Below, one piece after another: positions 28,099 to 42,970 of a stretch of 64,000 bases of DNA. The position numbers and the translations under genes are program-made. Source of the DNA: Eledone cirrhosa (Eukaryota); contig OZ024742.1 of NCBI GenBank assembly GCA_964016885.1, positions 188,542,001 to 188,606,000 on the forward strand, given 5' to 3'. The notes beneath the pieces are model-generated. The model did not search any database. It was not told the origin of the DNA and saw only the letters and a program-made list of their open reading frames with translations. Numbering within the stretch: position 1 is the stretch's first letter; every line of letters starts with the position of its first letter.

Positions 28099-29081
28099 CT
28101 TACTCCATAATTAGGATTTAAATCTTTTTCTCACACAAATATATTTTTTTTACACATATACCCCTGTTTCTACCATATTTCAGTGCATTCTACAAAAGTT
28201 CATTGATACTATAACATTTTTGGTCCCCGAATTGTTTAATTTTTTAATTTCTTTTAATAATCTTTTGTAATTTTTTAAAGCTTTTAATTCACTATAGCAA
28301 ATTTCTTCTTGGCGATACAAAATTTTTCTTTTAAATAGTTCATCTTTATATCATTTTTTCTCAACATTACTTTTTAGTAGCTATATTTCCCAATGTTTTA
28401 CTTCAAATCTATTAATATTAGAATTAGGTGAATTTTGTAAACAAATTTTTGACGTAATGTTTTTTTTTTTCTTCCTCGTATTTTTTCGTTTTTCTCTCTT
28501 TCGATGCTTGTATTAACTTAAATAATTACTTTTTCTATTACAATCTATACAAACTAGGACCCTATATCGTCTTCTATTCTTATATATCATCTAACTTTAT
28601 TTTCATTCAGCTTATCTTATTTCACTTTATTTTATCTTAATAATACCTTTTTAATAAATTTTTGCGCTTCTTAATGAATCCTTCACTATTTAAACCCTAA
28701 ATAAATGGTATACTTAATTTCTATATCTGTAATCATAAGCATCATCATCCATAAACATCATTAACTTTTAAATTAAAATGTTATTAATTTATTTAATTTA
28801 TTTAAAAATTTTACAACCGTTTTTTCAGTCATTTCTCTGTGTGAGACAGCGTTCTCAGTTTAAATGTTTATCTCTCTCTATTTCTCTCCTCTCTCTTTCT
28901 CTCTCCTTCCTCCTTCTTATAATCTTTCTCCGTTATCCTTTCCTTCTTTTTCCTTTTTCTTTTCTTCCCCTCCCTTTCCCTTTTTCCAATCTCCTATATC
29001 CTTTTAAATTTATTTATCATATGTTGATTAGACACTACCTTGCTCACAAGTGTTTTTTTTAAGCATCATATCATGTCTCCC

Positions 29082-29152
29082 TATTTTATCTGATGAGAAC
29101 GCAAATATCGTCCCTGGATGATATTTGTTTTTGAAATGCGCATAATAAAATA
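29082..29152 (+). ncRNA. Minimal type I hammerhead ribozyme in the P1 3' pLTR
   Basis: TATTTTAT-CTGATGA-GAACGCAAATATCGTC-CCTG-GATGATATTTGTTTTT-GAAA-TGCGCA-TA-ATAAAATA. 8-bp stem I, palindromic ATGCGCAT, AUA site. Confidence 0.88.
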
Positions 29153-29272
29153 CATGGAACTTTTTTAACCATTTTTTAATTTCTTCTTATATATACTCCA
29201 GTCCAATAAACTGTTGAGTGCTACTTATCCGATATTTGAATTGCTTTATTGTGCTACAATAAAAGTCACGTC

Positions 29273-29357
<85 letters not shown>

Positions 29358-29827
29358 GATTTATTCGCGTGGGAGAGCCAATTCTGTTTTGGACCTCATT
29401 TTAGGAGAAGGAAAAATATAACAAAACTTTACCACCCACCTCTCCGATGGTAGCTTATGATGATGGCTTGGTCTTCCTTTTGGATAGCTCTCATCATGGT
29501 TCAGAATTTGAGATTAGTCCAGTGTAAGGAGTTTCTTAATTTTAAAAATCTTCAAGCACTGGAATTACTTGATCTAAACGGCACTCACACGTGTTGCGTG
29601 AGCATGGTCTTTTCATTTTTCTTGTCGCTGCAGCATATGAAGTAAGTTATCTAAGTACTTGACAGTGCTAAAATCATATACGTGCCAACCACGTAGGGAG
29701 AAAATATAAAGATGTGTCAATTCTAGCAATATAGGGAACTACATACAGAGACAATCTCACACCCACGCACACACACATACATATACACACACACGCACAC
29801 TCACACATACACAGACAAAGACACACG

Positions 29828-29914
<87 letters not shown>

Positions 29915-30329
29915 ATACATCAGTAGCTTGTAAACATCAAGTTTAATATAGAAATGTCTTCTACAGGACTAGTACAGTTTTATTCAAATGAAATCATCAG
30001 GAAACTGATGATTCCTAGTACCTGAAACTGAAAGAGTCGACCTAGTCAAATACAGTGATACGCTGATTCTCCCTAATGTGACACGTGTCTGTGGAATGCT
30101 CAGTCACTTACATATTAATTTCATGTAGACGATGTACCGTAAATGATAAAACTGGAACACTGATCGTCGAAACCGATGGAGGACCCATCATATCTTCCAG
30201 ATAATCATACAAAACGACAACAGATATAACAGGGGCTGCAGCTACACTAACAACAACAATAGCAACACCACGAACAATATTTGGAGCTGCATGTCACTGT
30301 GACTTAATATAGTTTTAATTCAAATAGAT

Positions 30330-31330
30330 CCAACACTACCACCACCACAACTACCAACACCACCACCTCTACTACCCCCCCCCCCCCACACACACACACA
30401 CCCGCTACCAACACCACCACCACTACCACCTCCACCAGCACCACCACCACCGCCGCCACCACCACCACCACCATCACAACTACCACCACCACCCGCACCA
30501 CCACCAGCACCACCACCACTACTACCACCGTCGACACCACCACCACTACCAACACCACCACCACTACCACTAGCACCACCACCACCACCACTACCAACAC
30601 CACCACTACCACTACCAACACCACCACCACTACCACCTCCACCAGCACCACCACCACCGCCGCCACCACCACCACCATCACAACTACCACCACCACCCGC
30701 ACCACCACCAGCACCACAACCACTACTACCACCGTCGACACCACCACCACTACCAACACCACCACCACTACCACTAGCACCACCACCACCACCACCACTA
30801 CCAACACCACCACTACCACTACCACCACCACCACCACTACCACCTCCACCAGCACCACTACCTCCACCACCGCCACCAACACCACCACCAGCAACACCGC
30901 CGCCGCCGCCGCCGCCACTACCACATTATTATCATCGATATCATCATCATCATCAACACTATCTCCACCCCCTCGTAATTACCATCATCTTCATTATCGT
31001 AGTCACCCTCCACCTCCGCCTCCTCCTCATCATCATCATCATCGCCATCAAACCGTAAATCATCATCAGCATCACCATCATCCCCATCATCATCACCTTA
31101 ACCAGCACCATCATATTCATCATCACCATTACCACTACCGTCATTATCACCATCATCACGCCCATCATCACCATCATCAACATTACCATCACCATCTTCA
31201 TCGTCCCCATCACCTTTACCATCATCATTACCATCAGCACTACCATCATCATCACCATCACCACTAACATCATCATCACTATCATCATCATAATGGTTGC
31301 TATTATCATCTCCATCAACATTTTCACCAT
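30330..31330. repeat. Degenerate (ACC)n with an ~200-bp internal duplication, followed by (CAT)n
   Basis: ACCCGCACC..ACCGTCGAC block occurs twice (~30491 and ~30695). Confidence 0.9.
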
Positions 31331-31505
31331 AGACTGACAGTGTCTGGAAAATTTCAAACAGAAAAACATGGGTTCTATATTTAGTTACGACCCTTTACGT
31401 TCTGGGTACAACTTAGATTTAGGCCTTCTCCAGTGAGAGATAGAATATAGTACCAGTGATATACTGTACGAGGTTTATGTTGTTATAATATATATTATGA
31501 TATAT

Positions 31506-31874
31506 AGAAATAGTATTTCGCTTGAAGCATAGCTTTATACAAATATATATAGAAATGTCGTATGTCTAAATAAACAGGGTTTTAGGAAGCCGGAGCTATG
31601 CAAACACCGGAACTAACGCCCTCTGGTGGTGTCCGATAGAAGCAAGGGGAACAACCGTCTATGCATTTCAGTCTTGACTGGCCATCGTCAGGACAATCCC
31701 TCCCACCGCTTGCTACTGCTGGACTTGGACTTGAAAACAGTCGAGAACATATAGTTTTCTCGTCTGTGTAAATGAGGTGATTAATCTCATTTGCATATGA
31801 AGCTGCATAAGTTGGCTCAACTTATAATAGAACAGAAATAGTATTTCGCTTCAAGCATAGCGTTATACAAATAT
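31506..31874 (-). mobile_element. 328-bp HHR-containing unit with 41-bp terminal direct repeat (retrozyme-like or non-autonomous PLE)
   Basis: AGAAATAGTATTTCGCTT(G/C)AAGCATAGC(T/G)TTATACAAATAT at 31506-31546 and 31834-31874. Confidence 0.65.
31653..31698 (-). ncRNA. Minimal hammerhead motif
   Basis: Minus GATTGTC-CTGACGA-TGGCCAGTCAAGACT-GAAA-TGCA-TA-GACGGTT. 7-bp stem I with G.U pairs, palindromic ATGCAT, imperfect stem II. Confidence 0.68.
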
Positions 31875-31879
31875 CACTA

Positions 31880-32300
31880 CCACAAAGCTACAACGCCACC
31901 ACCACCACCACCACCACCCCTACCACCACGCCAGCACCACCACGCCAGCACCACCACTACCACCATCACCACGCCACCCCATCACTACCACCATCACCAC
32001 CACCAACACCAACACCAACACGCCAGCACCACCACCACCACCATTACCACCACCACACCACCACGCCACCACCACTACCACCTCTACCACCATCACCACG
32101 GCACCACCACCACCACTACCACCATCACCACCAACATCAACACACCACCACCACCACAACTACCACCACGCCACCACCACCACCACCACCACTACCACCA
32201 CTACCACTACCACTACCACCACACCACCACCACCACCACCACTGCCACTACTACTACCACTACCACACCCCCACCACCACGCCCATCCCCACCACCATCA
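31880..32300. repeat. Degenerate (CCA)n
   Basis: Directly visible. Confidence 0.95.
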
Positions 32301-32399
32301 GTCGCAATCGACGTTTTTTTATAGCTGTCTCGACACCAACATTTTCATTATCTTCCCCGCCCATCAACCACAGATGTGGTTTTAACATATAAAACAACA

Positions 32400-34020
32400 G
32401 CAGCTACAACAGCAACAACAACAACAACAACAACAACAACTATTGACAACGGATTAACACCTCAAACGTTAACAACAACCACAACAACAGCCGTTGATAT
32501 TCTAGAACAACAACAACACTATCGATAGCAACAACAAAAACAACACTATCAACTACCAACACAAACAACAACACTACCGATAGCAACAACAATAACAACA
32601 CTATCAACAACAACCACACTATCAATATCAGCAAAAAAGAACTACACTATTAACATCAACAACAACACTATCAATAGCAACAACAAGAACAACACTATCA
32701 ACAAGAACAACAACAACAACAACAACACTATCAACAACAACATTGTCGATAGCAACAACAACAACAACACTATCAACAACAACAACAACAACAGCACTAT
32801 CGATAGCAACAACAACAACAACACTAGCAACAACAACACTATCAATAGCAACAATAACAACACTATCAACAACAACAACAACAACACCATCGATAGCAAC
32901 AACAATAACAACACTATCAACAACAACAACAACAACACTATCGATAGCAACAACAACAACAACACCATCGATAGCAACAACAATAACAACACTATCAACA
33001 ACAACAATAACAACACTATCAACAACAAAAACAACAACAACACTATCCACAACAACAACAACAACAACAACAACAACACCATCGATAGCAACAACAACAC
33101 TATCGATAACAACAATAACAACACTATCAATGACAACAACAACAACACCATCGATAGCAACAACAAGAACACTATCAACAACAACAACAACAATACTATC
33201 GATAGCAACAACGATAACAACACTATCAAGAGCAACAACACTATCGATAGCAACAACGATAACAACACTATCAAGAACAACAACAATATCGATAGCAACA
33301 ACAATAACAACACTATCAAGAACAACAACACTATCGATAGCAACAACAAGAACAACACTATCAACAACAACAACAACACTATCGATAGCAACAACAAGAA
33401 CAACACTATTAACAACAACAAGAACAACACTATCAACAACAACAACAACACTATCGATAGCAGCAACAAGAACAACACTATTAACAACAACAACAACAAC
33501 ACTATCGATAGCAACAACAAGAACAACACTATCAACAACAACAACACTATCGATAGCAACAACAAGAACAACACTATCAACAACAACAACAACACTATCG
33601 ATAGCAACAACAACAACAACACTATCAACAACAACATTACCGATAGCAACAACAACAACAACACTATCGACAACAACAACACTATCGATATCAACAATAA
33701 CAACACCATCAACGACAACAACAACAACACCATCGATAGCAACAACAAGAAGACTATCAACAACAACAACAACAATACTATCGATAGCAACAACAATAAC
33801 AACACTATCAAGAACAACAGCACTATCGATAGCAACAACAATAACAACACTATCAACAACAACAGCACTATCGATAGCAACAACAATAACAACACTATCA
33901 AGAACAACAACACTATCGATAGCAACAACAATAACAACACTATCAACAACAACAACAACAACACTATCGATAGCAACAACAATAACAACACTATCAACAA
34001 GAACAACAGCATTATCGATA
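32400..34020. repeat. (ACA)n-derived minisatellite punctuated by CTATCGATAG / CTATCA
   Basis: Variable units of ACA runs + ACTATCGATAGCA; explains ORFs 32628-34031, 32642-34012 and 32743-34080. Confidence 0.95.
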
Positions 34021-34022
34021 CA

Positions 34023-34177
34023 CCAGTACATTACTGGTACTTTATTTTATCGACCCCGTAAGGATGAAAGACAAAGTTAACCTCGGCGGGATTTGAACTC
34101 AGATCATAAAGGGCCGTAACTCAATGCGTCAAAACATGACGTCCGACCCTCTACCGATACTGCCAATCCACTGCCCA
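34023..34177 (-). mobile_element. SINE S1 copy
   Basis: Matches 12470-12616. Confidence 0.8.
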
Positions 34178-34179
34178 GC

Positions 34180-34975
34180 AACAATAACAAGAACAAACAA
34201 CAATGATAACAATAACAGCTGTCATGTTAACAGTTGCAGTTAGCATCTATTGTTTAATAATGTTAACAATGGGAAAAGTAAACAACATTAACAACAATAA
34301 CAATAACAAAAAACAATGATAACAATAACAGCTGTTATGTGAACAGTTGCAGTTAGCATCTATTGTTTAATAATGTTAACAATGGGAAAAGTAAACAACA
34401 TTAACAACAATAACAAGAACAAACAACAATGATAACAATAACAGCTGTTATGTTAACAGTTGCAGTTAGCATCTATTGTTTAATAATGTTAACAATGGGA
34501 TGAGTAAACAACATTAACAACAATAACAAGAAGAAAAAACAATGATAACAATAACAGCTGTTATGTTAACAGTTGCAGTTAGCATCTATTGTTTAATAAT
34601 GTTAACAATGGGAAAAGTAAACAACATTAACAACAATAACAAGAACAAACAACAATGATAACAATAACAGCTGTTATGTTAACAGTTGCAGTTAACATCT
34701 ATTGTTTAATAATGTTAACAATGGGAAAAGTAAACAACATTAACAACAATAACAAGAACAAACAACAATGATAACAATAACAGCTGTTATGTTAACAGTT
34801 GCAGTTAGCATCTATTGTTTAATAATGTTAACAATGGGAAAAGTAAACAACATTAACAACAATAACAAGAACAAACAACAATGATAACAATAACAGCTGT
34901 TATGTTAACAGTTGCAGTTAGCATCTATTGTTTAATAATGTTAACAATGGGAAAAGTAAACAACATTAACAACAA
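34180..34975. repeat. 113-bp tandem repeat, 7 copies
   Basis: CAATGATAAC recurs at 34201, 34314, 34427, 34540 and onward (period 113). Confidence 0.95.
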
Positions 34976-35480
34976 TAACAGTAGCATCATCAATAACAAC
35001 AACACTAACAACAATAACAGTAGCATCATCAATAACAACAACACTAACAACAATAACAGTAGCATCACCAATAACAACAACACTAACAACAATAACAGTA
35101 GCATCATCAATAACAACAACACTAACAACAATAACAGTAGCATCATCAATAACAACAACACTAACAACAATAACAGTAGCATCATCAATAACAACAACAC
35201 TAACAACAATAACAGTAGCATCATCAATAACAACAACACTAACAACAATAACAGTAGCATCATCAATAACAACAACACTAACAACAATAACAGTAGCATC
35301 ACCAATAACAACAACACTAACAACAATAACAGTAGCATCATCAATAACAACAACACTAACAACAATAACAGTAGCATCATCAATAACAATAACACTAACA
35401 ACAATAACAGTAGCATCATCAATAACAACAACACTAACAACAACAGCAGCAGCATCAATAACAACAACAACAAAACCAAC
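34968..35480. repeat. 39-bp tandem repeat, ~13 copies, grading into (CAA/CAC)n to ~36280
   Basis: Unit TAACAACAATAACAGTAGCATCATCAATAACAACAACAC. Confidence 0.95.
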
Positions 35481-35702
35481 AACACTAACAACAACAACAG
35501 TAGCAACAACAACAACAACAACAATAACAACAGCCACAACATTAAACGTTGATAATATTGGTAAGGTTATCATCGAAGGTAAACAGTAAGGACAACAACA
35601 ATGAAAGTGGAAGGTCATTAACAATAACAACAATAACCACACGTACACCACCTCACACCACACGAACACCACCTCACACCACCACCACCGCCAACAACAA
35701 CA

Positions 35703-35736
<34 letters not shown>

Positions 35737-35797
35737 CAACAACAGCTCCACCAACAACAACACAACCACCACCACCACCAACAACAACAACACAACC

Positions 35798-35829
<32 letters not shown>

Positions 35830-35857
35830 CAGCCCCACCAACAACAACAACACAACC

Positions 35858-35888
<31 letters not shown>

Positions 35889-36697
35889 GCTCCACCAACA
35901 ACAACACCACCACCACCACCTACAACACCACCAACACCACCAACACCACCATCACCAACAACAACAACAACAACAGCCCCACCACCAACAACAACAACAC
36001 AACCACCACCACCCCCACCACCAACAACAACAACAACAATACAGCAATGAAACCAACAACCATCACTTAAGTAGTAGGTATAAACTTCAATATTAACTAT
36101 AGAATATAAGGTAGAATATCACTGATAGTAAACAGAAACGGCAACAGTATAAACGACCATAACAGCAACAACAACATCAAATCAACTACAACAACAACAA
36201 CAACAACAACAACAGCAGCATAAACCACAACAACAACAGCAACAACAACAACCACAACCACAACAACAACAACGACGATAATAATAATGCTAAACCAACC
36301 ACCTTGCCGACCAGGTTTAGTTTGACGAGCGAGGTTTTAGCGTTGCTTCTTCGTCTCGCAAGTTAGCCGCGCAATCTCTCACGCACCCTCACATACACAC
36401 ATACACACATACAGAAACACACACACACATACACACATACACACATACACACATACAGAAACACACACACACACACATACACACATACACACATACACAC
36501 ATACAGAAACACACACACACATACACACACATACACACATACACACATACAGAAACACACACACACACACACATACACACATACACACATACACACATAC
36601 AGAAACACACACACACACACATACACACATACACACATACAAAAACACACACGCATACGCACACACACGCACACAAAGAAACACACGAGCGCACACA

Positions 36698-36773
<76 letters not shown>

Positions 36774-37214
36774 GATATATAGATATATAGATATATATAT
36801 ACGCGTGAAGACACGCATACACTCACACACACAGGAACATACACGCACTCACACTCGCATACAGAGAGACAGATACACATACACACTCACATACAGAGCC
36901 AGGCACACATACACACACATAGCCAGGCACACACACACTCACACACACACACACATACACATACATACATACATACATACATACACAGGTGAACACACAC
37001 ACATACACGTGGGAACAGACACAAAGACACACACATACATATACACGTGTATACACACATACTCACACACAGAGAAACACACACATACACACACACATAC
37101 ACAGATGTATATACACATGCATACGAATATTCTTCATTCCGTTTTCCCTCTTCGCATTCTCTCATCTCCTCCCATTTTATCTTTCTACCTCCTCCTATCC
37201 CCCTATCTCTCACA

Positions 37215-37259
<45 letters not shown>

Positions 37260-37291
37260 ATTAGTCCACCCATAATTACATACATACGTTC

Positions 37292-37330
<39 letters not shown>

Positions 37331-37418
37331 CACATTCTCTTACATTCATTATGTTTTACCTGACCCCCCTCCCCATCTCCCTCTCTCTCACTCACGAACA
37401 TTTAATCAATCTATCTCA

Positions 37419-37466
<48 letters not shown>

Positions 37467-37861
37467 ACACATACACACGCAGACACAGATGTGCACACCT
37501 ATACATTCTTCTTAACATTTAACGTTTTGTATTCCAACCTCTTCCCCTCCCCTTCGCCCATAGTCTATCACCTTATCTCATGTTTTCTCTCTCGCTCTCC
37601 CTCATTCTCTTTCTCTCTCTCTCCCTTACAGCAAATGCACACGCAGGCACAAACACACGTTCTCAGCTCTCGTTCACTCACTCATAACACAGATGCACAC
37701 ACTCGAGCATTCACACATGCAAGTGCACACATTCATACACACACACAAACACATACATACACATGGACATACACATAGACACACGCAAAAGCATACAGTC
37801 AGCTGTGTTAAAGTTTTGGGCACATAATATACATATATACAAATATACATATATATATACA

Positions 37862-38023
<162 letters not shown>

Positions 38024-38413
38024 TATGTATGCATGTATATATGTATGTATGATGTTTTTGTGCTTCTGAGTAAGTGAGAGAGGAGACAGAACATGTTTAA
38101 GAGAGGCAGATAGAATTTATGTATGTTTGATTAATATGTATGGTTGCCGTAGATATTGCTGCTAACTGTGATAATTAATGGAATGGATTTACAACACCAG
38201 GACACTTTTCTACAGTTAAGTGACACATAACCGACAAAAGGGCGGAAAATTTACCAAAAGGAAGGAAAAAAATAATATTAGTTAAAAATCGAAAATGAAA
38301 CACGCCGACAAGACACAGGTTCTATTGCAAGAGAACCTACGGATTATATCGGAACATAGGAGACGTTCCATAGCTGAGAACTTGACCTTTAGGTAAGTTG
38401 TTAATTATGAAGG

Positions 38414-38482
<69 letters not shown>

Positions 38483-38536
38483 ATATACAGACATACATAT
38501 TCATATATATATATTTATGAAGGTATATATATATAT

Positions 38537-38637
<101 letters not shown>

Positions 38638-38669
38638 CAGACATACATATTCATATATATATATTTATG

Positions 38670-38705
<36 letters not shown>

Positions 38706-38756
38706 GTATATACAGACATACATATACATATGTGAATTTATGAAAGTATATATATG

Positions 38757-38794
<38 letters not shown>

Positions 38795-38922
38795 AATATA
38801 TATAAACACATATATGTACATATATAAGCATCTATATATATATGTGTATATTTATAAACATATATACAGACACATAGGTAAATGGATAGATAGAGCTGTG
38901 TTAAGTTACCTCCGGCAATAGT

Positions 38923-38973
<51 letters not shown>

Positions 38974-39184
38974 TGTGTATATATAGAATACACTGGTGTA
39001 TAGGTCATACTTTTCCCCCAAATGAATAAAATCTCGAAAAGCTATATAAACACAAGACACAACGACTGGACCCATACAAAAACTTTCTCCGCGTCAGTTA
39101 ATGATCTCATATAGTTTTATGCAAAATGTGAGTGCGACGTAAGCGCACGTATTATATATATATACACACACACACACATATATA

Positions 39185-39235
<51 letters not shown>

Positions 39236-39571
39236 TTATTCATATATATATATATATTTATATACACACATATATATGCATTTATAAATATATACATTAT
39301 AGATATATACATGCATATTTATGTATGTATATATGTATGTATGTTTATATGTGTGTATATATCGTCAGTCAGAGTCAGTCAGAAGGTGTTCGTCCTTAGT
39401 GAGGTTTTCAACTATTCACTACCCACAATAAAGCTTAGTCCATAACTGTATTGAATCCTCTCACTTTTCTAGAGGTAGTCTAGCTTAGCCGAGTTGACAT
39501 AATCTTGTGTGTGTTTGTCACACGCTTATATACATTCACACATGTTTATGTAATTCTGTGTGTGTGTGTGT

Positions 39572-39870
39572 GTGAAGTCCCGTGGTTTAAGTGCGCAGCG
39601 TGTTCGACTCCCGATCATCAACTTCGAGAGCTCCTCTCCTGGTAGTGTGCTGCGTCCTCGACATAGGCACTTTATTTAATGCTGGTACTGTCAGGCCAGC
39701 TGAACAAGAATGTCATTCTAAGGGACAGCCATGTAGCCGCATGCTATGGTACGTTATATCTGAGTTAATGATGTACACATATATGTGGAATGCTCTGACA
39801 AATACGCTGTTCCATTGTTCGAAAATACTGGATCACCCGTCAGTGGTGTGACCCCGACGGAGGTCCAGCA
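39572..39870 (+). mobile_element. Old diverged tRNA-SINE (related copies ~53800-53990 + and ~57150-57447 -)
   Basis: GTGAAG..GTGGTTTAAGTG head and GTCCTCGACATAGGCACTTTATTT core resembling S2. Confidence 0.55.
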
Positions 39871-39882
39871 AACACACACACA

Positions 39883-39914
<32 letters not shown>

Positions 39915-40118
39915 TACACACACACACACACACATGTATGCTACCTTTATGCATGCATATTTACGTGGTTCTCACACAACACTTTAGTTGCCTACGGAGT
40001 GAAGCCGCAATAATTTAGATAATACGACTAAAGACATCAATCTCTCTTGTCTTGGAGGGCCCAAAACAGTCCCCTTCTTCATGACCTATGAGTAAAATGT
40101 GAATACACACACACACAC

Positions 40119-40150
<32 letters not shown>

Positions 40151-40282
40151 TATGTATGTATATATGTATATATATATATATATATATATGCATACATATA
40201 TATACATATTTATATACGTATATATATATATATATATATATGTATGCACACATATATATACATATATGTATATATATATATA

Positions 40283-40509
40283 AAGGAACGATCAACTTTC
40301 GTCAAATCGGACCGAGGGAACAATGTTTCCGTTGGTCTTTCCAATTGCTAATACTATCTATCGGTCGCAACTCCAGGTAGAAGGAACAACGTGAAATAAA
40401 GTGTCTTGCTCAAGGACATAACGCATCGCCTGGTCCAGGAATGTCCAGGAATCGAACTCACAACCTTACGATTGCGAATCCGATTCTCTAGCCACTCAGC
40501 CACACGCCT

Positions 40510-40512
<3 letters not shown>
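40283..40512 (-). mobile_element. SINE S2 copy
   Basis: Reverse complement of 15228-15447 with a ~10-bp duplication GTCCAGGAAT. Confidence 0.88.
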
Positions 40513-40567
<55 letters not shown>

Positions 40568-40591
40568 AATAAATATGAATATATATGTATG

Positions 40592-40629
<38 letters not shown>

Positions 40630-40634
40630 TGTAA

Positions 40635-40720
<86 letters not shown>

Positions 40721-40725
40721 TGTAT

Positions 40726-40782
<57 letters not shown>

Positions 40783-40808
40783 CGTATATAAATATGTATA
40801 TATATGGA

Positions 40809-40848
<40 letters not shown>

Positions 40849-41031
40849 CAGGTGTGTGTGTGTGTGAGAGTATGTGTGTATATGTGTGTGTAAATGCAGG
40901 TAAATATATATATAGAAATACGAGTACAAGTTTATATACCGAGTTTGTGAAGCATGTATGATTGTGTACACCACTTTAAATTCCTTTAACTACATCTTCC
41001 CTCAGCTGACTGCTCATCAGTTATAAATGGA

Positions 41032-41070
<39 letters not shown>

Positions 41071-41072
<2 letters not shown>

Positions 41073-41247
41073 CGAAGGAATTGTGGTAAGGAACCAGATG
41101 GACCACAACGCACCAGAGTACTCAATACTTAGGGTAGTAGAGTGGGTAATAGGAAAAAGTATGACCCCGACGGCAGAGCTCAAGCCGTTTCGACGGCTAT
41201 AGACGTCTAAACGGCTTGAGCTTTGCCGTTGGGGTCATACATTTTTC

Positions 41248-41250
<3 letters not shown>
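41071..41250 (-). mobile_element. Family A palindromic insert
   Basis: Inverted repeat ~41149-41250 around GACGGCTATAGACGTC; TA-flanked. Confidence 0.85.
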
Positions 41251-41285
<35 letters not shown>

Positions 41286-41304
41286 CATATATATATACAT
41301 ATAT

Positions 41305-41365
<61 letters not shown>

Positions 41366-41372
<7 letters not shown>

Positions 41373-41644
41373 AAATAAATAAGTCAAATGTTTAAAATTT
41401 GGCTTCGTTTATTACTGCTATATATATTTCGGTGGCATCCATCATTGGCTGTGACCTCTTCAGGCAGTCCGAATTAGTGTGGTAGAGACAAGTACACATG
41501 TTGTTGAGGTGTTTAACTTTGTCAATACTCTGATATGCCCAGTTCCTGGTTGGGTTGTTATTTCACTGAGATATTGGAATCATATCCAATCTGTGATCCA
41601 ATCTCTATACTGAGGTGTTGGTATACAACCAACATATACTCAAA
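41366..41644 (-). mobile_element. Family B HHR insert with inverted terminal piece
   Basis: Reverse complement of 49608-49862, plus ~41597-41644 matching 49417-49463 inverted. Confidence 0.85.
41414..41468 (-). ncRNA. Minimal hammerhead ribozyme (family B)
   Basis: Minus ACTGC-CTGAAGA-GGTCACAGCCA-ATGA-TGGATGCCACC-GAAA-TATATA-TA-GCAGT. Confidence 0.85.
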
Positions 41645-41688
<44 letters not shown>

Positions 41689-42382
41689 AATATACATGTA
41701 TATATATATATATATATATATGCGTGTGTGTATGAGTGTGTGTGCCAATACACATGTATAGAAGCCCTACCAGATTATTTTAAAATATAATATTTCAATC
41801 GATCTGCCAGCTCTCCCTGTCTACACAATTGATCAATTACCTGTATACTAAGACACAGCAACACATACACACATAGACACACATAGACACACATGCACAC
41901 ACTCACACACATACACACACACACACATACTCACTCAGGGACACACACAGTCACATATACATGAAAGAACCAAACTCACATAAAATCCAATCGCCCACAT
42001 GCACCTGCACACATCTCGCTTACGTAAACATGGGCGTGAATGCACGTGTGTGTATGTAGAGCTGTCCTTGTGTCCGAGGTTAACCCTATGCAAAGAGACC
42101 TATAATCAAAGGTGTTGCAGCTGTGACATTCTTTTTTTATTTTTCTTCTCTTGATGTTTACCTACTTAGGTACAACTTATCTAGGACTACATTTCGAAAT
42201 GTACCTTTTCAAGATGTATCTCTTCCTAGATAGTTATTTGGGCAATTTCTCCGTGTATTTAACATTCAGGCATCTCTAGATATTCGCTTGAGCTGTTAAA
42301 ACTAAGCCACCAAATGCCCCGCAAACAATGCTTTTAGATCTTAAATGCTAGATGTAGACATACAAAACTGTAGTCATGTATG

Positions 42383-42503
<121 letters not shown>

Positions 42504-42540
42504 GTGTGTGTATATATATATATGTGTATATATATATATA

Positions 42541-42573
<33 letters not shown>

Positions 42574-42768
42574 GTGTGTGTGCGTGTATATATATAGACA
42601 TGCATATAGATATATGTGTATATATGTGTATATATGTATATATATGTATATATGTGTATAAAGGTGTATATATGTATATATATGTATATATATATATGTA
42701 TATGTATGTATGTGTATATATATATATATGTATATGTATATATATATATTTCTGTATCTATATGTATA

Positions 42769-42836
<68 letters not shown>

Positions 42837-42844
42837 TATATATA

Positions 42845-42904
<60 letters not shown>

Positions 42905-42917
42905 TATACATATAGAT

Positions 42918-42970
<53 letters not shown>

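Larger units (their letters stand above)
26827..29275 (+). mobile_element. Penelope-like element P1, 5'-truncated, with inverted partial pLTR at 26827-27143
   Basis: Linker + GIY-YIG coding remnant, ~1-kb AT-rich 3'UTR, HHR and tail. 26827-27143 is the reverse complement of ~28877-29190. Confidence 0.9.

Noticed and set aside
29993-30030. CTGATGA...GAAA as a hammerhead
   Set aside because: No stem II or stem I pairing; CTGATGAT instead pairs with upstream ATCATCAG.
34180-35480. Regular repeats as a CRISPR array
   Set aside because: No unique spacers, no cas genes, eukaryotic context; plain tandem repeats.
34881-36070. Asn-rich, Leu-rich and Cys/Trp-rich ORFs
   Set aside because: Products of the 39-bp and triplet repeats; no splice or homology support.
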